64,000 nucleotides of DNA. Source: a virus. The position numbers were made by a program, and so were the translations under genes. Below the pieces are notes generated by a model. It was given only the letters and a program-made list of their open reading frames with translations. It had not been told where the DNA came from and made no database searches. The stretch lies in IMG/VR virus record IMGVR_UViG_3300021519_000007, positions 11,998-75,997 of that record. One strand, 5' to 3'. This document shows, in pieces, positions 41,138 through 48,466 of this stretch. The first letter of the stretch is position 1. Every line of letters starts with the position of its first letter.

Positions 41138-41572
41138 TTAGTTCTCTGTAATTGTTAAAGCACCCGCAGAAAAACTCGCCGTGTCACCCGTACTGATGGA
41201 CTTTGGCGTCGTGAGGTCGCCCCAATAAAGAATATTACCAGAAGACGCGGCATCAAGCAGGGCGAACTGATTGATTATGCCCCAAGATGCTGTTGCTGTT
41301 GACCATGTGATTGCTACACCGTTTTGCTTGAGACCCGTTGTTGAGCCGGTAGCGTTTGGCCAATTGGTTGTGTCGTTGGTGAGCGATTGGCGACCGTAGG
41401 CGGTGCCAGACGCACTCACTTCGTTTGCTGCAGTTCCACCCGATGGATCAGTCAATGAGCCAGCAGTGGTCCAGAGACCGACGTAAACGGTGGCGGCGGC
41501 AGTGTAAGGGGTATTACCGAGAACGTGATTTAGAATTACCTTTGAAAGATAATTGGATTTTGATCCCGCCAT
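41138..41572 (-). CDS. Minor tail/fibre-associated structural protein
   Basis: Widespread phage family motif 'SNYL...ILNHVL...YT...VYVGL..YGRQS..WG.I..FALLDAASSGN.LYW'. Confidence 0.8.
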   Translation of the reverse strand: MAGSKSNYLSKVILNHVLGNTPYTAAATVYVGLWTTAGSLTDPSGGTAANEVSASGTAYGRQSLTNDTTNWPNATGSTTGLKQNGVAITWSTATASWGIINQFALLDAASSGNILYWGDLTTPKSISTGDTASFSAGALTITEN

Positions 41573-41742
41573 TACTTAAACTCCCATTTGTTCGTTTCGT
41601 CGTTCCAGATAATCTCTGGTCGTTTTTCAATTTCTTCTACTGTCAGTGCGCCGTGTGTTGTGACATCTTCGGGCATTGATACGAACTTTGTGCCAGTCCA
41701 ACAAATTGGGCCAACAGTTTTCTCAGACTTTTTACTAGTCAT
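41572..41742 (-). CDS. Small hypothetical protein
   Basis: 56 aa (MTSKKSEK...WEFK), coupled to both neighbours by TAATG overlaps. Confidence 0.55.
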   Translation of the reverse strand: MTSKKSEKTVGPICWTGTKFVSMPEDVTTHGALTVEEIEKRPEIIWNDETNKWEFK

Positions 41743-42221
41743 TATGTCTGACGATAGGTGATGGTAATTCTTTCGGTGTCGCCGTTTGAGAAGTTGCGTG
41801 TAGCCGCAAGATCTGCGCCGAAAATGCAGTCGTCTGTTCCGGTCGTATTGCTGAGCGCAACGAACCAGAGCGTTGCCCCATTCACGTTTGGCGTACCTGT
41901 AAATGTAAACGTCACCTGTGGTGCCGTCGACTGGTACGAACCGGAAGAGAGCGAACATGCGGGCCAGCCGTTGGTGCTGCCTGCGTTGCGATTGAGACCC
42001 TGACGGGCGTAGCCACCGTTGCTTGTCTGACCGATTTCAGCAAGTGACGTTGTCGTGGATGTGCCGTTGCCGACTGTCTTGTCGGCACCAACGCCGCCTG
42101 TCTTTGCGCCCATACCGACATAAACGGTTGAGCCTGGAACGCTATTTGTTCCAGCGGTGAAGTTGCCAAGCCACGTGTTGATGAGGCTCTGCTCTCCCCT
42201 ATTCCAAAGAATGTAAGCCAT
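41742..42221 (-). CDS. Minor structural protein (related to 41138..41572)
   Basis: 'GGYARQ', 'QVTFTF', 'NGDTERITIT'; SD AGGAG. Confidence 0.7.
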   Translation of the reverse strand: MAYILWNRGEQSLINTWLGNFTAGTNSVPGSTVYVGMGAKTGGVGADKTVGNGTSTTTSLAEIGQTSNGGYARQGLNRNAGSTNGWPACSLSSGSYQSTAPQVTFTFTGTPNVNGATLWFVALSNTTGTDDCIFGADLAATRNFSNGDTERITITYRQT

Positions 42222-42258
42222 AGTTTTGGTTTTCTCCTAAGTCCTTAGTAATTAATTT

Positions 42259-42777
42259 TCAGGTTGTTGAAGATTTAATGTGTAAATCGAGTGTCGATGG
42301 CTTTAGGTTCTCGGGATTGAGGACTTCGCAGAGGCCACCTTGCTTTGTCCCATCGGTAAAGATTACCCACCATTTACGGGGACGGAGTCCTAGATAAATC
42401 TCTGTACGGTCCCAATAAATAACCTCGACCAGTTGTGATGGGCCGTCAACTAGGTGGGCAAAGCAAAACCCCGGGATCGGGCCGTCGTAATCTCTGGTGC
42501 TGACGACGTGCTGGTTAATCCCAACCTTGTCGCCACGCATATCAAATTGAATTTCACGCACCCATACGGTCGGCTTTGATTTGCAATCGTAGCACCAGCA
42601 GGAACTCTGTCTGTCCTCAGACTTGATGCTCAAAAGTTCATCGACTTTTTTCTGAGCAATTTTTCTCTCTAGTGAGTGGTCTTCCTGATTGGATCCGGTC
42701 TCTATCTTCGAGTAAACGAAGTTTGATCCGTTTTCCTGCTCAAATTGCAGTTCATCATCTGGTTTTCGATTGACCAT
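42259..42777 (-). CDS. Hypothetical protein with CxxC..CxxH
   Basis: 172 aa ORF coupled to the HD gene. Confidence 0.6.
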   Translation of the reverse strand: MVNRKPDDELQFEQENGSNFVYSKIETGSNQEDHSLERKIAQKKVDELLSIKSEDRQSSCWCYDCKSKPTVWVREIQFDMRGDKVGINQHVVSTRDYDGPIPGFCFAHLVDGPSQLVEVIYWDRTEIYLGLRPRKWWVIFTDGTKQGGLCEVLNPENLKPSTLDLHIKSSTT

Positions 42778-42779
42778 AA

Positions 42780-43883
42780 TTATATTATATCATATTCTTT
42801 AAGAATAATCATGAGAGAACTGGCCTCTTCAACCTTCTCCCAGTCTGTGTCCTTATAGGCAACCTTTGCGATCAATTTGCGCATCTCTTCGATCTCCTCT
42901 TCCGCATCCTTCTGCTTTGGCTTGTTCTGAATATCCCCAAGCCTGAGGATCAACATATCGTATGCGTTTTCTTCGCCGTGCATTGTTTCGATAAATTCTC
43001 TTGCACCCTTTTTATTATCAAAGTGATCAAACATATGCTCGCGGATGAAGAAGCAAACCTCTTTGGTGTCTTCCTCCGGCACACCCAGACGATCAAACAT
43101 CTCTTTAACCATGTCTGGGCCGACCTCCTCATGGTCTCCACCCTGACCATCCGGACCCTTGTGAAAGTGGGTTCTACCCTTCTCGTCAACCCAGACAGAT
43201 CTCAGTTTCCCAATATCATGAAGAAATGCAGCCCAACGAAGGTTTCTGTTGTTGCTGTGCTTGGCAACGTAGTCCAAACAAATGAGAAGGTGCTGGAACA
43301 GTTCAGAGGAGGTGTTCTTGTACCTTTGCCAGAACCCTTTGCTCTCGGCAACCTCCGGGAGCATGATCTTAAGCGCTCCAACCTCCTCCATAAGTCGAAT
43401 TGCCGCTACGGGATTCTCTGCATCCATTATGTCATTAAGGCAATCGCGTATCTCTTCGGCGGGACAGTCCACAATATTTTTGACATATTTTTTAGCATCA
43501 AAGATATCTTGCTCGTCTGGGATGTGTTCATTCATCGACCTAGTCACAAAAAGCGTCAGGAGATTGTCTACCTCAAAAAATGGGCTGGTCTTTGCGGTCC
43601 TTCTATTGTTTTGCATATAGTTTTGAACAACATCGTAGACCGTGTTCCGATTCCCCGGACACTCTTCAAAACAAATACGATTTAGATGGTTGATGTATCC
43701 GCGTGCCAGGATCCCCTTGTCTGACGGCGGAGCCTGCAAACCAGCAGCCCAGTAGTTGGCCTCGCGGGATAGTTCGGGGGCAAGATGCTCCAAGAGGACA
43801 AAGTGCGGCTCATAGCCCGTGACAACTTTTGGCTCACCAGAGAATGGTAGAACAGCAACCCAGTTATTCTTATCCGATGGCAT
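42780..43883 (-). CDS. HD-domain phosphohydrolase resembling the C-terminal half of CCA-adding enzymes
   Basis: 'AEEIRDCL..IM..ENP..AIRLM..GAL..MLPE' RNA-binding helices; HD residues QH, LHDIGK, DHEEVG, REHM, LGD. No nucleotidyltransferase head. Confidence 0.8.
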   Translation of the reverse strand: MPSDKNNWVAVLPFSGEPKVVTGYEPHFVLLEHLAPELSREANYWAAGLQAPPSDKGILARGYINHLNRICFEECPGNRNTVYDVVQNYMQNNRRTAKTSPFFEVDNLLTLFVTRSMNEHIPDEQDIFDAKKYVKNIVDCPAEEIRDCLNDIMDAENPVAAIRLMEEVGALKIMLPEVAESKGFWQRYKNTSSELFQHLLICLDYVAKHSNNRNLRWAAFLHDIGKLRSVWVDEKGRTHFHKGPDGQGGDHEEVGPDMVKEMFDRLGVPEEDTKEVCFFIREHMFDHFDNKKGAREFIETMHGEENAYDMLILRLGDIQNKPKQKDAEEEIEEMRKLIAKVAYKDTDWEKVEEASSLMIILKEYDII

Positions 43884-43910
43884 TACACTAATTATTTCAA
43901 CGATTGGGGC

Positions 43911-43944
43911 AAAAAGAGAGCCGCCCCCCGAAGGGGACGGCTCT
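43911..43944 (-). terminator. Rho-independent terminator separating accessory and virion blocks
   Basis: AGAGCCGTCCCC-TTCG-GGGGGCGGCTCT followed by CTTTTT; a second hairpin lies just upstream (43953-43986). Confidence 0.8.
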
Positions 43945-44017
43945 GAGGGAGTGGGGGGTTTTGCGACGTTGCAAGAAAAACCCCCCTATGAGGATTGGAT
44001 GGTGAAGAGAAAATCTC

Positions 44018-44350
44018 TTACGAACCGATCTCGTTCTGAAGGTCCAGCAGACGCTGGATCTTCTCGGAGGCGTTAGCCGCCGAACGGGTCGGCTCAAAGC
44101 CGCAGGCGCGCTGGAAGGCACCGAACGACCTAAAGTGCTTGATAATCGTAGCCGAAGATGGCCAGCAGGCATCCTCATTGAAGCGCTGGACGAGGGTTTC
44201 CTTATCCGCACGCTTGGACTTGCGAGCACCATTGGGGTAGAAATGTGCCTGCGTGGGCACTTCCCCATACTTCTTGTGATACAGGCATCCGGCCTGGATC
44301 AGCAATTCTTGTGTCCACTCACCGGTGGTGTTGGTCTTGCTTGTCATCAT
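44018..44350 (-). CDS. Homing-endonuclease-associated repeat protein (stand-alone DNA-binding)
   Basis: Motif 'WTQELLI...KKYGEVPT...PSSATIIKHFRSF...ACGF'; no HNH nuclease attached. Confidence 0.65.
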   Translation of the reverse strand: MMTSKTNTTGEWTQELLIQAGCLYHKKYGEVPTQAHFYPNGARKSKRADKETLVQRFNEDACWPSSATIIKHFRSFGAFQRACGFEPTRSAANASEKIQRLLDLQNEIGS

Positions 44351-44360
44351 TATATCTCCT

Positions 44361-44765
44361 TTAAACGATGGTAGAAACGGTTAGGCTCTTGATGCCATCA
44401 AGAATCTTGCGGTTATGATTCTCAAGGAACTGGTTGCGCTCCTCAAGGGCCGAGATCTTATCAGCGGCATACTGAAGCGTAGCAATCATAACATTGAGAT
44501 CGATAGAGGTATTTGCGGGCTTCTTCTCAGGTGCCGTTGCAATAACAATAACCTTAGCCTTACGAGCCTTCTTGTGCTTGTGCCGGATCGGATCGTTGTT
44601 GCGGTGCGCATGAGTGTAATACGCAGAGCGAACCGACGTCGCCGTGCTATCCGTGCTGTCTGCAACCGCTCTAACGGCCTCGATCAGCATGGCTTCGGGG
44701 TTTGCTCCCCGGTAAGCCTTGACTGCGAGATACGCAGCCTTCTGTTTACTAATATTAACCTTCAT
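44361..44765 (-). CDS. Putative DNA-binding protein with coiled coil
   Basis: HTH-like 'AVRAVAD..TATSVRSAYY', basic patch and coiled coil; has its own promoter and SD. Confidence 0.55.
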   Translation of the reverse strand: MKVNISKQKAAYLAVKAYRGANPEAMLIEAVRAVADSTDSTATSVRSAYYTHAHRNNDPIRHKHKKARKAKVIVIATAPEKKPANTSIDLNVMIATLQYAADKISALEERNQFLENHNRKILDGIKSLTVSTIV

Positions 44766-44808
44766 GTTTTATTCTCCTTTGGAAGGTATGGTTCAGCGAA
44801 CTGGTCGA

Positions 44809-44839
44809 ACTGTAGCACACATATCGTGCGATGTGTCAA
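44809..44839 (-). promoter_or_regulatory. SigA-type promoter with 19-bp dyad spacer
   Basis: TTGACA-N19-TACAGT with extended TG; imperfect inverted repeat ACACAT..ATGTGT. Confidence 0.55.
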
Positions 44840-45225
44840 GCAACAAGTTCTTTCTTCTGATCCCTCTTGAGTTTGAGGTAGTGGCTGTTGCACATCCCCT
44901 TACTGTGATGAGCCTCATTGCAGTTTTCAACATCACATCCCCTACGAGCCCTAGGTGGTGCGGAGATAACAAACTCGCATTCAGCAAAGGCCACATCATC
45001 ATCGTACTCAGGAAAGAAGTCGATAATTGAACGGCTCCCCTCTTTTGAGATCATCCGATCTATGGTGTCAAACTGGACTCTTGTGATTCTTCCTGCGGTG
45101 AAGTCGTTGATGCGCTTTGCGGATACGCCGCAACGAGCAGCAAATGCTTCGGCAGTCTCTCTTTCAGAGCAAGACTTAATCCAAGGAATGAGAGGTGCTA
45201 TGGGGAGGACTCGCGGAAGGTTCAT
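44836..45225 (-). CDS. XRE-like HTH protein with C-terminal CCCH zinc finger
   Basis: 'AEAFAARCGVSAKRINDF' HTH; 'CDVENCNEAHHSKGMCNSHY'. Confidence 0.7.
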   Translation of the reverse strand: MNLPRVLPIAPLIPWIKSCSERETAEAFAARCGVSAKRINDFTAGRITRVQFDTIDRMISKEGSRSIIDFFPEYDDDVAFAECEFVISAPPRARRGCDVENCNEAHHSKGMCNSHYLKLKRDQKKELVA

Positions 45226-45251
45226 ATCTCTCCTTGGTTTGTGTTAACCGC

Positions 45252-45281
45252 ACCCTAGTCGGGGTTGGAGATAACTGTCAA
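45252..45281 (-). promoter_or_regulatory. SigA-type promoter
   Basis: TTGACA-N18-TAGGGT upstream of SD AAGGAG and the HTH gene. Confidence 0.55.
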
Positions 45282-45307
45282 CTACGAAACATTTGATACG
45301 AGAAAAG

Positions 45308-45381
45308 TCCGCGAGGCAGGATTCGAACCTGCAATCTGCCGGGTAGAAACCGGCTGCCTTGATCCATTTGGCCACTCGCGG
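45308..45381 (-). tRNA. tRNA-Arg(UCU)
   Basis: Cloverleaf: acceptor CCGCGAG/CTCGCGG, anticodon arm GCCGG-TTTCTAC-CCGGC, T arm GCAGG-TTCGAAT-CCTGC. CCA not encoded. Confidence 0.9.
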
Positions 45382-45389
45382 GATGCGTT

Positions 45390-45878
45390 TTAGACAGCGA
45401 CTCCATAAATGCCATCGTCATCCATCAGAGATGCCATCCCCGTGGATCCTAAACCATTCTCTCCACGATCAGTCGTAGTTGCGACCTGCAATTCCGCAAG
45501 AGCCTCGGGCATGTCCATAACGAAGTTGAAGAACAGTTGGGCAACACGATCACCACGACTGATCAAAACCTCTTTGCTGCCCGCGTTGTAAAGGATGACC
45601 CTAACCTCGCCCCGGTAGCCCGGGTCTACAAGTCCGGGTGCGTTGAGCACGAACACTCCATGCTTTGCCGCAAGACCAGAACGGCTCATAACAAACGCAC
45701 AGATATCTTTGGGCATCTCAAGAGAGATACCGGTGGACACGATAATCATCTCTCCGGGTTTCGCTGTGTAATGGTTGTCAGCACAGATATCATAACCCGC
45801 ATCAGACTCATGCGCCTTGTGCGGTGTAACTGCGGTGTCTGTTAAGCGAACAAAACGGACATCAATCATCAAAGCCAA
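45390..45878 (-). CDS. dut: dUTP diphosphatase
   Basis: Trimeric dUTPase motifs: AGYD, RSGLA, GLVDPGYRGE, RVAQL, RGENGLGSTG. Confidence 0.97.
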   Translation of the reverse strand: MALMIDVRFVRLTDTAVTPHKAHESDAGYDICADNHYTAKPGEMIIVSTGISLEMPKDICAFVMSRSGLAAKHGVFVLNAPGLVDPGYRGEVRVILYNAGSKEVLISRGDRVAQLFFNFVMDMPEALAELQVATTTDRGENGLGSTGMASLMDDDGIYGVAV

Positions 45879-46179
45879 CCCTATCGTCTTCGATATTCAT
45901 GTTGACTCCAATATCCTCAAAGAAATCTCTCAATTTATTAGTATCACCAACACACTCTCTTGCGATAAGATCCAACTCAAGGATCCTTAGAACACGTTCA
46001 CGCATGTCTATAAATACAGTCATACATGCGCCCAGAACTTCCTTCTTCTGCAGCATGGATAGCGCATCCATCTGGTCGTCACAGGCCTCAAACGCAACAA
46101 TCATTGCCTCTGAGAAAGCACTACCGATCTCGACGGTAATGTCTCCCGCAAGACACGCGTTACCACTGAATTCACTCAT
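45862..46179 (-). CDS. Hypothetical protein
   Basis: Start moved to MSEFSG after SD AGGAG. Confidence 0.55.
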   Translation of the reverse strand: MSEFSGNACLAGDITVEIGSAFSEAMIVAFEACDDQMDALSMLQKKEVLGACMTVFIDMRERVLRILELDLIARECVGDTNKLRDFFEDIGVNMNIEDDRVGFDD

Positions 46180-46195
46180 ATCACGCTCTCCTCTC

Positions 46196-46417
46196 CTACT
46201 CCGTTGAGTTCTTTTTACTTGAACAGCAACCCTCTGCTTGCATACGAAATTTATACAAGCCACCACACACATAGCAGCGCCAACACGACACAAGTGGATG
46301 ACGATCAGACGCACAACAATAGGCGGCGTCTTTTAGTTCTCCATGAATGTAATGGCACCCCCCACAGGGATAGCCTTTCGTCTCCAAGGCTTTGACCAAG
46401 TTCTCACTCCTTTCCAT
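46196..46417 (-). CDS. Small Cys-rich zinc-binding protein
   Basis: Duplicated CxxC...CC motif. Confidence 0.6.
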   Translation of the reverse strand: MERSENLVKALETKGYPCGGCHYIHGELKDAAYCCASDRHPLVSCWRCYVCGGLYKFRMQAEGCCSSKKNSTE

Positions 46418-46448
46418 AGACGGAGTCTACATGGAGCGCGGGCTACGG

Positions 46449-46763
46449 TCAATTATCAAAAAAGTCATTTGAGGGATCCTCGGACCAGAAGCGGTAGATC
46501 ACAGAGAACTCCTCGTCTTGACCAAAGCGCCAGCCCTCAGGGCACGACAAATCAATAGCGCTAGACAGATCGGCTAGGAGAAAGTCTTTATTGTCATTGG
46601 ATGAGTTTTCAATGTTCTTGAACACGTCACTATAGTTCGACTGTAAAGTGTTCCAACGTTTTACGTCCACACCATTAAGCACATCAGACATCTTTTGAAT
46701 AACAGAATTTATACCGCTATCTAAATCAAAAGACACATCTTTGAATTCCTCAATGCTATCCAT
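46449..46763 (-). CDS. Hypothetical protein
   Basis: MDSIEEF start overlaps the upstream stop. Confidence 0.55.
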   Translation of the reverse strand: MDSIEEFKDVSFDLDSGINSVIQKMSDVLNGVDVKRWNTLQSNYSDVFKNIENSSNDNKDFLLADLSSAIDLSCPEGWRFGQDEEFSVIYRFWSEDPSNDFFDN

Positions 46764-47220
46764 CGAGAAGGTCAGCCCAGTTCTTCTCCTCATGGTGCTC
46801 AAAAAGTTCAACAATTGCTGCTAAAGAGATATTGTTTGTAGGTTGCTCAATAGCCCAAGTGAATACATTGTTATGATATTCTTCACGAAATACATAGAAT
46901 CTTATAGCAATCGGATAGGGGACACTGAACACTTCAATCAATCCCCAGAGACAATACATTTCATTGCCACCAATAGTGACGTTCTCTTTATGAACAATTC
47001 TCACAGGAGTATGAACAACAGCGTCTCTAACGATACGGATATCTGTATCAAACGGAGCACCATTAGACCATGCTTTATTTGCCATTCTTAATGCTTCAAT
47101 AAATTCAAGGCAAGAATATTTTACAGTTCCAGTTTCTTTTTCATCCACAAAAACAAAGTCATCAAAATTTAGATAATCAAATTTGTCGTCGTCGATGATT
47201 CCCATAGTAACCTCTTTCAT
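46756..47220 (-). CDS. Hypothetical protein
   Basis: 154 aa, AT-rich ORF. Confidence 0.6.
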   Translation of the reverse strand: MKEVTMGIIDDDKFDYLNFDDFVFVDEKETGTVKYSCLEFIEALRMANKAWSNGAPFDTDIRIVRDAVVHTPVRIVHKENVTIGGNEMYCLWGLIEVFSVPYPIAIRFYVFREEYHNNVFTWAIEQPTNNISLAAIVELFEHHEEKNWADLLDG

Positions 47221-47241
47221 TAATATGTGGGAATCGGTTAG

Positions 47242-47365
47242 TTAGGAGCCCCGGTTCCCACCCGGCAATTATCGGCTTGCCTACCGCCTCACACGGTAGC
47301 ACAGGCCGCGTAGAGACGCGACCATCTGACGGTCTACGTCCCGGATGCTGACCGGGGACTCCTAT
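47242..47365 (-). ncRNA. Candidate structured small RNA
   Basis: Intergenic. Long closing helix (CCCCGGT/ACCGGGG, CATCCGG/CCGGGTG) around a multi-hairpin junction. TGGTATAAT lies directly upstream. Confidence 0.5.
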
Positions 47366-47374
47366 TATACCAAT

Positions 47375-47824
47375 TTATTTCTTTAAATCAAGATATGGTG
47401 CTTGTGATAGTGCAACGCCTGTACAACCCCAGGCATACACGCCGTAACGATTGACGATCCTCTGTGCTTGGATCATCTGTTGACGTGGTGTCGCCCTATC
47501 TGCGGTCGGAGCCATATCCGTTCCAGCAATACCTTTCTCATGCCACAGGGGTTCCCAAATACCCAAGCCCCCGGGGTAACTTCCGTTCCTCGTTTGGTGC
47601 CAGTCAATACCCCATTTGTATCTCTTTCCACTCGCACCGGCTGGAGCGGGCTGCTCACATCTACCGATAGCGATAAAGAATCTCCAATTAGGGACAATCT
47701 TTCCTATTCTCATGTGCTGTTTACCGTGCCTAATGCCTCCTCGATATTCCGGCAATGGACGAGCCAATGCTGTAGGCACCACTAGCATAACAATAACAAA
47801 AGCCAATATTAGTTTCTTAATCAT
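47375..47824 (-). CDS. Secreted Rpf-like (resuscitation-promoting factor) transglycosylase
   Basis: Signal peptide; 'IGRCE', 'GSYPGGLGI..W', 'APTADRATPRQQM..AQRI...YG..AWGC' match the Rpf core. Confidence 0.85.
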   Translation of the reverse strand: MIKKLILAFVIVMLVVPTALARPLPEYRGGIRHGKQHMRIGKIVPNWRFFIAIGRCEQPAPAGASGKRYKWGIDWHQTRNGSYPGGLGIWEPLWHEKGIAGTDMAPTADRATPRQQMIQAQRIVNRYGVYAWGCTGVALSQAPYLDLKK

Positions 47825-47825
47825 T

Positions 47826-48254
47826 TTAAACACCCACTATTCTCGCGCAGGTCCAGTCGCTCCAGCCACGCGTTTTGTAGAAGTAATACGCGATCCTTGT
47901 GTTCCAGACAGGATCAAATATGTTCGCTCCAAGCCTCCACCCCTCTGAGTTGTAGGTTCGGTTGATCTGAAACAATCCGTAGTCCGAAGTCCTCGAGACG
48001 GCATACGGATTCCACACGGACTCGCACGAAACGATCCGCATAGCGTTACCAGCCTGCGATCCAAAACCAATGCGGACGACGCACTCCAGTTCAGCCTTCG
48101 TCCAGTGAGCCGGACGATGGTTGCACGCGTACATCCTTTGCGTTTGGATCTTCTTCTTGTGCGGGTTGGGAATCCCCATCCCCGCTGTTGCTGTCCCAGT
48201 CGCAACCACTGTCGAACATATAAACACTGCGATAAATGTTAGTAGTACCTTCAC
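47826..48254 (-). CDS. Secreted lysozyme-like/SLT transglycosylase
   Basis: GTG start after AGGAGG; signal peptide; 'IVSCES..NP.A...DYGLFQIN', 'DPVWNTRIA', 'GWSDW'. Confidence 0.85.
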   Translation of the reverse strand: MKVLLTFIAVFICSTVVATGTATAGMGIPNPHKKKIQTQRMYACNHRPAHWTKAELECVVRIGFGSQAGNAMRIVSCESVWNPYAVSRTSDYGLFQINRTYNSEGWRLGANIFDPVWNTRIAYYFYKTRGWSDWTCARIVGV

Positions 48255-48261
48255 GGGCAAC

Positions 48262-48430
48262 CTCCTGCTTGTACCGTCCCATTCTGGGTCCCCCCACGAA
48301 ACGGACACAAGCGGGGGTTAGTCACACGGTTTTGCGTGACGGGCGTCTTCTGCGGTTAGGATTTTGAGGCTGGGTTCCAGCCCCTTGTCGGTCTCGCTAC
48401 GCCCCCTGCTCGGTGGTGTCTCTTATTATC
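48262..48430 (-). promoter_or_regulatory. Structured 5' leader of the transglycosylase operon (riboswitch-like candidate)
   Basis: Pairings AGCAGGGGG/CCCCCGCT, GGGCGT/ACGCCC, GGGGCTGG/CCAGCCTC and GTCACGC/GTGTGAC downstream of a GATAAT -10. Confidence 0.4.
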
Positions 48431-48466
48431 GTGCCGGAGTATGGCTTAAATAGGCCATTCCGGACA

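Noticed and set aside
42780-43883. Annotating the HD gene as a CCA-adding enzyme for the CCA-less phage tRNAs
   Set aside because: The catalytic head motifs (GGxVRD, DxD, RRDFT) are absent, so it cannot add CCA alone.
44836-45225. HNH homing endonuclease or mobile element
   Set aside because: Only the accessory zinc finger and HTH are present; no HNH catalytic motif, intron or intein was seen.
45343-45349. CTA in the anticodon loop suggesting an amber suppressor tRNA
   Set aside because: With the 5-bp stem the 7-nt loop is TTTCTAC, which places TCT at positions 34-36; it is tRNA-Arg(UCU).
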